Notes under the pieces: generated by a model
What the model was told of the DNA's origin: nothing
Seen by the model: only the letters and a program-made list of their open reading frames with translations
Database searches by the model: none
Source of the DNA: Klebsormidium nitens
Taxonomy: Eukaryota; Plantae; Klebsormidiophyceae
DNA length: 32,505 bases
NCBI GenBank assembly: GCA_000708835.1
Contig: DF237741.1
Span: 1 to 32,505, forward strand
Direction of reading: 5' to 3'
Position numbers and translations under genes: made by a program
Part shown: in pieces, positions 20,069 to 30,800 of the stretch
Position numbering within the stretch: the stretch's first letter is position 1
Layout of the letters: every line of letters begins with the position of its first letter

Positions 20069-23000
20069 ATGGCAGGAAAGGTGTGCCATGGGTGCGGACA
20101 GGAGGGGCATTTGAGGAAGAATTGCCCCACAGATTCGTTGGGTCAGAACAGCCGGGACGCTGACCATACAGCTAAGCAGTGTCGGAATTGTGATGAGATT
20201 GGTGAGTCGCTTGACGTACAACTTTCTTCTTGATCATATTCTGATGCTGGCCATCGCACGATTTTCACGGCCTGGAGCAGGAGATTGCAATGATTACGCA
20301 GAGGATTACCATGCTGATGCTTGGGAATCACAGATTGGCAGCTTGAACACAATCATGATCCCACAAGGTGCATAACAATTTTATCAAGGTTGTTAAGTCT
20401 TCACATTTTGGTAATGGTCATATGCAGCGCCTGGCATGTTCATTGATTCAGCTGGGCTGCACGTCGCTTTTGGCAATCTGCAAAGTGACCCTCAATCATT
20501 TTACCCTTGCTAAATTCGCATGGCTGTTCTTGTCAGCCGGTGGTAATGGTAAAAAGGTGGTTGCATTGACAAGGAGTAAGAGGTCTGCTAATATGTTTGT
20601 ATCTTCAAGTCTCCGAGCCTCTTATAAACAAGCTAGGGAGATTTGCGGGCTTCTTGCTGGCTCTAGATGAACCCCCCCCCCGCCCAATACCCAATTATGT
20701 GTTTGAAGGAATATATGGTCCGCAGGGCAAGAAATAAGTCTGTCCGCTGGTTCAAAGGGTTGCCTGACCTCTTCACTCATGCTCCGCAGGTCACATCGCT
20801 CGGGATTGCCAGTATGAGCAGGCAGGTCTTTGCAGTCACTCTCATTTGCTCCCTGCCTTTTGCTCTCCTTCATTTGCATTTGCTCCGCTTTGTATCCACT
20901 TGCTACTTCATTTGCTTGTACGTTGGCTGTGTAGTTCATCAATCCTTATATTGATACTTCCTTTCTCTCGCCACTCTGAATTCAATTGAGAAACTGTTGG
21001 GCTGAAGTTGCTGGGTTGGTCTCCTTGACCAGTTTTGGGTGTGCCTGAACGCTGTTGCACGTAAGTTCTGAGTTTTTGGTTCAAACAGAGGCTATTTCTA
21101 CGGAGTTCAGCGCGCAAGTTCAAGTTCTGATTTTCGACGCAATTCAGTCAGGGGCTTTTGTCTCACTTTCTTGGGGGGCCTCGTGCAGACGTGCCACAAT
21201 TGCCGGCAGCCTGGCCATGTGCGCAGCGCGTGCACCAACAAGGCCACCTGCCGGAACTGCGGGGAGAGCGGGCACATCGCGAGGGAGTGCAAGTAAGGGT
21301 AGCCGGCCTCCCCTTGGCAACGGGATGTCTTTCACATCTAGGAATGTTTAGTATGAGTGAGGGCCTGTCAATGGTCGTGTGGGGAACGACTCATGTCCAT
21401 TTATGTTGCCCTGTGGTGCTAGAGATTCTGGCGTCCACCCAGTAAAATGCAGAAGAACGGTTGTGTGACCTGTGCGTTGCCTCTTGGGCTGTAGTGGTAA
21501 CGTGTTGCCCCCACCCTGCAGGTATGAGCAAACGTGTCAGCAGTGCGGGCAGAGCGGACACCTTAGGCAGGATGTGAGGGCTCTCTCTTCTTCCTGCCAG
21601 CAAAGCGCTCAAAGTTCCTCCCCACTCCATGTTGTTAGAGGTTGCACTACAGTGCGATTTTAAAACACGGCTTGTCTGTTGTCAGACATGTTTGGCTTTG
21701 ATTTGCACGCTGTTGACTTGATTTAAGGGCTGCGACGCTTAGGGACAAGGACTTGTAATCTGAGCTGCCGTTTATCAGGTACGTTTGCGAAACGTGAGCC
21801 TTAGGCTGGTGGGTTCGGTGCTTGCAGTGTCCGGAGCTTGCCTCCGTGAAAAAGGGGAAGGTCGGCGAGAAGACCTGCCACACTTGCGGGCAGGTAAGAG
21901 CTCTTCTCTGACTCATTGGTGATGAAGGGACTCATTCGCTTCTTTGTTATTGGCCATCATGGGATCTCTCCAGGCAAGCAGACACTGTTTTCAAGTTTTG
22001 GACTTTTCAAGTTTTGGACAAAAGTTCCAGAAGGGTCTGCTGATGACAGTTAGGGAGTCTTCGAAGTTTACCATAAGGCATATTAACAACTGCTTTTCCT
22101 CCTGTCCGAAATCTTTTACTGTGCAGTCTTTGAAGAGGATACATGCCTCTGATTGGACGCAGTCCTTGTGTCCTAGCTGCTGTTCACTGCCTCTTGCTTT
22201 TCATGGTGGCAAGTTGGCCTCTTTATGCAGCTGACAAGGAATTGACGGGTTATGTGCGTTGGTGTCGCTAATATCGTCATTGACAAGTAACCAGCAAACA
22301 CTAATTCAGAATATTATGTACAGAACGTCTGTGGAGAGCAAAATGAAGCGGTCTGTGACTTGTAAGCGTTGAATCGTTACGTATGAGTCGTAGGAAAAGC
22401 TGCAGTTGGTTGTCGAACAGTTAAAGGCGGTTTGGACTGGAACGAGCAGAACGGGGCCTTGCGTCTGGGGCTGAGAGCCTGGTCCACTTCAGCGGGCTTC
22501 ACACGGCGCGCCTGATTTCGTTTGTTGCTGTTATTCAGCCGGGCCACTTGAAGGTGGATTGTCCTCAGGCCCCCGTGAAGGAGAACGGAGCCCTGGCCAA
22601 GGCGTGCCATGCGTGCGGAGAGGTGGGGCACCTGAAGAGGGACTGCACAAAGGTACGCGCTCATTGGTCCTTCCGGGAACTGGTTATGCTCATACTTTTG
22701 ACAAGATACTGGCGGAAATCAACCTATCTTGGGACAACTTCAAGAGACCGAGTGCGTCTTCTTGGAGGCCGTCGTCAAACCTCAGCAGGGTGTTCTTACC
22801 CTTACCAGGCATCAGTGGTTTCTGCTCCTCTGGTCGGGTTTGACAATAGTAGACATCTGCTCAGTGCGATTACGCAAGGAGGAAGCCAAAGTACTTGTCA
22901 TTCTTCACAATCCTTGTTGTCCGCCCTTCTCCTTCGCTTCTTCGCCTGTACCTCAGCAATTTCGTAAGACAGGGAGATAAACAAGAAGAGAACTCTTTGC

Positions 23001-23534
23001 AGGCACCCGTAGCGAACGGCGGTGGGGTGAAGACCTGCCATGGGTGTGGCCAGCCGGGCCATTTGAAGCGGGACTGCCCCGAGGCAGTGCACGAAGGGGA
23101 CGATCAGCGGGTGTGCCACAATTGCGGGCAGGCGGGGCACATCAGGCGGGATTGCCCGTCAGGGTATGAGAAGGTGCGGACTTTGACAATGCAAACCAAC
23201 AGATGTGCTCCACCTGCACACACTTCGCGTGTTTTTGCAGAAGTTGCGTTGTGGGTCAGGCTGCTGATTGCTCGGATTTTTCAGCCCGATAGCAGCTAGG
23301 TATTGTAATGTAATGCTGAGAACGTCTGAAGTTCATGGTGGTGTGGTGTTGGGCTCTTCTTTATATCCACCCGGATGTTGGCAGGTTGAGAAGGTTTGGT
23401 GTTTTGAGAGATTGTGATGGTGATGAGAGTTCTAATGTGATGGTGAATATCTCATTGATTTGCAGGCGTGCCATACCTGTGGCCAAACTGGCCACCTGAA
23501 GCGCGAGTGCCCTCAGCTGATTGCTGTAGCCTAG
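20069..23534 (+). CDS. CNBP/GIS2-like nucleic-acid-binding protein with 10 CCHC zinc knuckles, ~246 aa, 8 exons
   Basis: Exons 20069-20201, 20790-20821, 21189-21292, 21522-21573, 21828-21893, 22539-22652, 23003-23173, 23466-23534 give ten C-X2-C-X4-H-X4-C motifs, three of them split by introns and restored in frame by splicing. Intron 2 is most simply GC-AG. The exact ortholog is not determinable here. Confidence 0.9.
21988..22019. repeat. Perfect 16-bp tandem duplication in intron 5 of the zinc-knuckle gene
   Basis: TTTTCAAGTTTTGGAC x2. Confidence 0.9.
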
Positions 23535-24093
23535 CTCGGAGTGGGAGCACTTGCACACCAACATCGAATCGCGAATGGGTTTATTTGGGCAAGCCCGACT
23601 TGCCCTTCGTTCTAGTGTTTCCGTTGTTTGCAACGTTGGGGCTTAGAGATTGATAGCTTGAGGTAGTGTAGGAACTGAGCTTAGTATCTGATGAAGGAGT
23701 GATATGACACTCAACAATAGGGAGTTTCGATATGGTAGTTGCCAGGTTTAGAGTTCTTTGGAAGCTCTCAGAGCAATGTCGGTGCAGATCGGATCCACCC
23801 TTGCAGCTTTGCTGTGAAGATATTGCTCGTCTCTCTCAAGTAGATTTGTTATGGAACCCCTGAACCTGGTGCGATGTAGATGGTGCATGCCAAGGCTTTG
23901 GTTTGATCGTTGAAGTGAACTTTGAAGGAGAACTGCCTGCTTCGCTGCATCTGGTTAATTGCTTGTGATTCCGATAGCAGGTTCAAAATCAGTAGTTAGA
24001 GCTAGAAGCACATCTTCGAAATGTCCATTTGTTGAACTCAAGGATACACCTGCTTCTGAATTTGCTTGCTGGCATAGGCTCATGTGGCCGCCG

Positions 24094-24133
24094 CCATGTC
24101 GTCTACTGGTACACCATGTCGTCTACTGGTACA
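24094..24133. repeat. Perfect 20-bp tandem duplication, intergenic
   Basis: CCATGTCGTCTACTGGTACA x2. Confidence 0.9.
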
Positions 24134-24737
24134 TTAACTACCGAGTTAGATATCTGGTGCCAGCCGGCCCGCACATTATATCAGGCTAGCTAGTCGAACG
24201 ATACATGTTCAGTATAACTGAGTCCGTTTGGATTGGTCGGATCGCGTACGTGTCATGACCGTCCGGACTCACATATACATGCATGTAACCATGGTCCGAC
24301 ATCATTGCCAGCACCACGCGGTGCATGCAGCAATAAGATCATGCGCAATCCTGCAATTGGAGAGTGCAGGCGGCTCAATCTCTAGATAGACATATGCATA
24401 TGTGTACCAATGTAGCAGTTCAACGCAGCTCCATGTCGATGCACCATTGCAGAATCGATCAAGGCAAGTAGGCGATTGTGAAGGAAGTATAGGATTATGA
24501 AATTGGGTACACATCCCCCGTAACTCACAAGGAAACGACAGTGCCATAACTGCTTTACTCGTCTCGAGCATAGCTCCTGACTCAGAAAAGGCAGCCCCTA
24601 ATCTCACCTGCAACCCCCTCGGAAAATTGATGCAATTGCTTGCGGATTCGAAAAGCTCTGCGTCTACTTGGAGCCACCCAATCCCTGTCTTCTATCAGAA
24701 GTTACCTTCTTGCGCAACTAACATAAGTACTGCTTGG

Positions 24738-24757
24738 CTTGTATGACCTTGTATGAC
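24738..24757. repeat. Perfect 10-bp tandem duplication in the CNNM 3' region
   Basis: CTTGTATGAC x2, followed by CTTGAC. Confidence 0.8.
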
Positions 24758-24859
24758 CTTGACACACCCAAAACTGCTTCTTCCGGACAGGAGTCTCCTC
24801 TACCACCTCCTTTAAACTGTCAGACTTGCACTGCGACGCTCTGTCAACGTGAGGCCCTT

Positions 24860-27800
24860 TCACATGCTGCTGAGACTGCTTGACAGCAGCGGTTCGCTCA
24901 GCTCCCCCTTGGCGCCTCTGGGCCGCAGTGAGTTATTCTCCTGACCGCTGTACGCCTCATCGCCTCCCTGCTGGCGCTGGGCTGCCTCGCCGTCTTTGGC
25001 GCTGCGGGTGTGCCAGTGACGGACAGTTGACTCCTTGGATGTAGAGCGAGAGCGGAACCTCCGGTCGTTTTCGCGGTCGAGACTCCGGCCAGCGCGATCC
25101 ACGAAGTCGGCCATGTTGGACCTCCGGCGACCGGGGCCACCCTGAAAGCAAGTTGGAAGCACGGATCGTTGGCCAATATCAAGAAAGTACTCTAGACCAG
25201 ACAGAATCATGAAAGGTAAGCGGGACTTTATTGGGTAAGGGTTGAAAGCAATTTTCGATCCTCTATGCAAAAGAATAGATGGTCTGGAGTCCTCCCCCTG
25301 AAAGGAGCGATTGCTAGTTACAAGAGCAGCAGCACCAGATCTTAAACGATCCAGAATTAAGCATACTGTGGGTGCGAGACATGGCTGCTTGCCTGCGTTC
25401 TTCCTCGGCCGGTGGGTGGTTGAATGATGCGGCGGCCGGCAGTGCCGACGTTGGCGACTCGGATCCTGCACACCGCCGCAGAGGACCACTGGTCAAACTA
25501 TATTTCATCCGTCCGTTTGATCAGGCAACGGCAGGGAAGAGACCATGAAGACAATCAGTCTGCACGCGGGTTGCCAACCCTGGCCTTCGTGAGCACAGCT
25601 CACAAGGCAGCAGATTGGAGCTTTGAGAACCACAAAGCACAAAGGCTCAAACGCTGGATACGACGTAACCTTGATCAATGACGGATATAATACAAATGTC
25701 TCGTCCTTGCTGAGGACAACTCCTTGTTCAAGAAGCATGTAGTCACAGAAAATAGACCTCAAGTAAAAAGCACAGTTTGGAATAGATAAAAGCTCATGCA
25801 GCCGCCGCGAGCACCTCCTGTGCACGTCGATGTACTCATCCGTCTCGTCCACAATCTCCTCCTGCAGCAGCTCCTCAATCACGTCCTCCAGCGTGATCAC
25901 CCCAATCACGCGGTCCTCGCGCGTCGGCCGCGACGCACTCTGCGAGATGGAAACGAAGATACTCGTCCGCGGTTCCCGAAACACTTTCGTGACTGTTTGG
26001 TGCGAGGTAACGACCCCTGACCATTGGAATTCACTCGAACCTTCTGATACTCCTTAAAGGGCAAATCAAAGTCTACTCGTCAGTGGTCCTCGAAAATGTT
26101 TCTCTGGCTAGGTTTGCGAAGTAACCGAACCATGACCATGCGCATCCACTAAGACCTTCTGGCAGACCTCAAAAGGCGAGCAACACAAAGCAAAGCCAGC
26201 TAATCCAATGGGAGTTTTGACCACTGACAGCGTTAATGATTCGCGCGCAGATCTTTAAACCAAGCACTATTCTGAAGCAGCAGCCCTGCCATGATCTTCC
26301 GCCATGGAGTGAGCTTCACGGAGCCGCCTACCTTCTTGCCCCACCACCTGCTCACGGGCGAAGCCGGGTCACTGCCTCCGTCCTTCCCCGCTGTACTCAG
26401 CACGACAGCCGTCTCGCCCTCTGGAGGCAGCGGCCCGTTCCCGGCCTCGCCAGCAGAGACTATCGTGCTGCTGCCCGGCTGACCGGTCTCCTCAATAGGG
26501 GCGTTCGGGGTGTACGGACCGTACGTGATGTCGGAAGTCTCCGATTTTTTTGCGGGGGGTGCGGAGCCAGGGCTTCGAAGGTCGCCCTTAGTGATCTGGG
26601 AGAAGGTGGAGGACGACATGGGTGAGTCGTCGCATGACGTCATGATGTTCTGCGTGGGGTAACGCCTGTCCCGCCTGTACTACCAAAGGCGGTATTTTGC
26701 AAACGAGAATTGTCGAAAGCATACCGCAGCAGGGCTGATTGAAGCCTCCGACGCCTCTTATGGGCTATCCGACTAGTAATGGATTGGCATCGAATGAGTA
26801 CGAGAAACCCCTGCTATGACACAAGAACTTGCTCTCCCTTTTGTCGATGATCAAAGTTTTCATGCTTTACATGAGATCCAAAGTAGGCAAACCCAACTAA
26901 TGGTATCTTTCTTTGAAAACGAGGGAGAGTTGAACGCGGCTTCATATATTAACTCCAGGTCGCCTCGTGACTTGTAGAACGAAGTCAAGAAACTTCCGCT
27001 CAGCCCTGCGCCTCACCTTGTCTGCAACCTTGTCAGGAACGACCGCCACCCGAGCCTTGAAGCTGTTCACCCGACCAATAGGCCCGGAGCCCCCTTCAGG
27101 CACGGCCGCCCCTTTCTCGCGGGGTTTGCCTCCCGGGCTGGCAGGGGGTTTCTGGCGAGGTCCGGGAATTTCGGGAACCACTGGCAGGGGGCCCTTGCCC
27201 TTTCCTGCGGCCGCGTCGGGAAGACCCTGCTCGGACGATGGGACGACGCCGCCACGGATGGACACCTCCCGGAAGTTGCCAACAGGCGCGCGCGGTGCGG
27301 GGGCAGTCTGAAGTTCTGCAACTAGAAGCGGGAGGCTATTAGACAATGCTGTCGAGGGCGTTCTACCCAAGTCAATAACAAAGACAAGTCTCGAGCACAT
27401 CCTGATTCCCACATCACGCACCTTTGCGAGCGATCTATAAAGCCTTTCAAGATGCGTGTCCAGATGGGAATGTGTCGAAGATCTTAAACTGGAGTTTGCT
27501 TGATTTGAATTTGAGGATATGCATAGCGCCTTTGGAAGTCACAACAGCAGGTGGTCCAAAATGAGTGAAGTCAGACCGCCTTTCTGTCGTTTGTTAAGCA
27601 GAACTAGCAAGTGGTTCAGCAAAAGGGCGGACGTTTCAAAGTGGATTCGCAACTGGTAGAAAGAGCCTAACCGGAAGCGCGAACAGGTTCGAGATCAGAC
27701 GGACAGAAAAGGGATGTTCTGACGAAGCTGTGCAGCGGTCATAAAATGGCCTTCCGGACTGCCGAGTGACCAACCTTCAAGCACTTTCTCAACTGTTCGA

Positions 27801-30800
27801 AACTGCACAAAATTGACCAGCCGACGGAACCGAGAGGAAACTTGCCTGGAACTTGGCGATCTTCTACCGGCTCAGCCTGCGTCTGAACTGTGGGGTCCGG
27901 GATCGCGTCTACCTCTCCAGTCTGAGTGTTGAGCGATAAGTAGATATCCTTCGAGATCGCCCCAGGCACCGGCAGGGTGTTCCCTTCCACGATGATCTCC
28001 CCTGCAAGATGCAAACCGCCGTCAGACGTTAAGTAGAATGCCATTTAATCCGAAGCAATAAGCAACTGTTCACTGCCTATGCGCTGCTCGCTTGCAAGAG
28101 GTTGCAAACGTGTTTACGGATGGACCGAACTGCAATAAGGCTGCAACGCTATTCCACTAGAGACACCTGGCGATACACGTCTCTTATCTTCAAGTACGAT
28201 GTTGTCCACTACAATAGAGGGCATAACAGCAGCATTTTTCGCCACCAAGTCTCAACCCTGCGAAGTGTCAGAAATCAGCAGCGAAGCAGCGAAAGTGACG
28301 GGTCAACCCGGCAGGCCAGACTGCCAGAGGCGCCCTAGATGGCCACATGCACGTTGCGTACCGGTTTCCTTGATTTCGGAGATGGTGAGGTCGGCCAAGA
28401 GGCCCTTCTCCAAGTCGGCTTGGCCCTTCTCAGGAGCGGCCTCTTCTGCTTCTGGTCCGCTGGACCACGCGCCCTTCATCATATCCAGCATGCGACCCCC
28501 GAACCAGGACCCGCCGTTGCCCTTCTCCTTCTCGTCGTCTTCGGCGATGGCATCCTCCGGCTCTTCTTCGTCTGGCTCTTCTTCTGCCCGCACAACGGCG
28601 GCCATGTGGCTCCCGCCCTTCTGGAACTCGTTCAGGATGTCGTACAGAGGCAGGTTTGCTGGGACACGTGGCAGCGGGCGAATGGCCAGAGAGCTGACCG
28701 TGACTTCGTCCTCTGGGCGTACCGTGATGAGGCTTTTCACCTGGAATGCACGTGGGAAGGAATGCACGTGGGAAGGTGAGAATAGGTCCCGGAATTAACG
28801 GACACAAGCTTACTGCGTACACAATAACCCCGTGGCTTTTGGGGGCTGAAACACACGGCGGGGAATGGCTGCATCTAGATAGATGGTGGTTCGCCTCCTG
28901 CGTTTCCGAGTTGTGCCCTCATGCCAATAAAACACACAAGTCAAATCTCAAGACTCAGTTTCGCACGTGTTTTGGACAAGGCTTGTGATGCAAACCTGAA
29001 ATCTGCATTTTCTCGTGCTTACATACGAGGTTTAGCACTTTGACTGGAGGAAGGTGCCTCACCAGCAGAATGCCAATCGGGTTGCTCGGCGTGTCCACGT
29101 AGACAGGGACTCTGCTGTGGCCCCGCCTGAGCACCTCGCCCATGACTTGCCTGCACACATGCCCCGTCTAGTAATCAGAAAAACTTCATTATCTATTTCT
29201 GAAGCTATGCTTCTCCCGATTCCTACGATGCGGTTTGCTACGAAGTTCTCGAGACTTACTTTCATCTACGTGGAACCAGAGGAGTTATCACACGGACTTG
29301 CTCGAGCAACCAGCAAATATGCCCGCGTCTAGGCAAGCTCGATATGGCTCTGCTCGATACGAGGACAAGGGGACCGTCGGGACCCGTTTCATCATGGGCC
29401 AAAACACGATAGCGAGTCTTCCTAGCAGTTCACACTATCGTACCACAAACGGCCTCTAAATACGGATTCTACTCTCAAAGGAGAAGCCCTGGTTTCCAGC
29501 GTGCTAGCGGCACATACCAGTCCAGCCGGGTGAAGACGCTCATGGAGAACGTTGAGTCAATGGGTGTCATCGCCTCTTTCGCAGTTTTTTCTGTGAGGTC
29601 CAGCGCCCCGCTAATGATGGCCGCTTCGTCGTGAGTTAGCTCGCCACCTTGGCCCGCCTGTGCGAGCAAGCGTTCTCATCACGAGTTAGTTCCATGAGGA
29701 AACTTTTCCAGACGGTCAAGATCCCACGCTTCAAGCTCTAAATGGTTGTGACAGGTTGGTGCTGATGAAAAAGCATCAGAAAATGGACTTCCATCTGTGG
29801 CCTTATTGCTGCACATTGACCGAAAGAAACAGGTGCTGCTTTGAAAAGAGTGCTAGTGATGGACAATTGCTTTAGAAAGAGTGTCAAGTCAATTGCAAAA
29901 AGAGAAAGATAAAACTTGGCTGGCACATCTACAATGTGTACCCTCCTTGACCTTCCTCTGGCATGCGCCGCTGTAACAGCTAATTGTTGAGGAGGGGCTC
30001 ATGGATTCTTACTGACTGCTCATGGATTGAGACCAAGGCCTTCAACTGGGACCGGCGAAACAAGGCCTCCTCAGATTCGCCAAGCACCCAGTCCAGGATC
30101 TGCAACAGAGGATTCCCATGCTTCAGTCGTCCCAATATTTTCCATCCATGGACGCATGTACAAATGAACGAGTTAAAGCAGGCCACAGCTACATGCTACA
30201 ACCTTCTGTGAAGTGGGGCCAAGACCAAAGAACCACTTCATCAACTTCTCTGTGCCCCTTGCCCTACAAAGCTCTTATCACCGAGTGCCACTGGGAGCAT
30301 TGCCCGTGCAACATCAATCATATGAAAGGAATGCCTTGAGAACCACAAGTGCAGAGGACAGAGAGTTCAAATCTCACCTTGCTAATCGGGTATGAGATTC
30401 CATAGCAAAGAAACATGAGGACTTTGACAAGGCCAGCCAGGCTGGCGCCAACAGCCAATCCATATCGTGAACAGACAGCCTGAGGAATGATCTGCACAGC
30501 GCCAGGAACTTATCAAGGGGCTGTGTCTACTTCGATGAAGTAGACTGCTTGAAGAGAATGGAACTTGATCAATAGTATCCCTTACATAATTTCTCCCCAG
30601 CCCCACTGGTTCGTCACTCAATAGCAAGCACGTACATGTCAGGGCTCATCTGGACTGCACAGCAAGCCTATCCTGAAGATTCAAGGTTCTGAAAGGAGTG
30701 CTCAATCCAGCGACTCACCTCTCCAAACAGCAAGACCAGAGTCACTGACAGAATGACTGCCGCGATAGGATTCACAAGTCTATCCAAGAAGATGGGCTGC

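Noticed and set aside
11665-24256. Exact 11-13 bp matches between spacers (GTACGTGTCAT at 11665/24246; GTGCCAGCCGGCC at 15657/24157)
   Set aside because: Matches of this length are expected many times by chance in 32 kb; not evidence of a shared repeat family.
24860-25489. 209-aa single-exon minus-strand ORF
   Set aside because: Only the 3' 93 aa belong to CNNM exon 15. The upstream part reads an intron and exon 14 in the wrong frame and has no ATG start.
28199-28798. 199-aa and 146-aa plus-strand ORFs, and similar ones at 26236-26625, 26967-27311 and 17062-17310
   Set aside because: Antisense to GC3-rich exons, which suppresses stops on the opposite strand.
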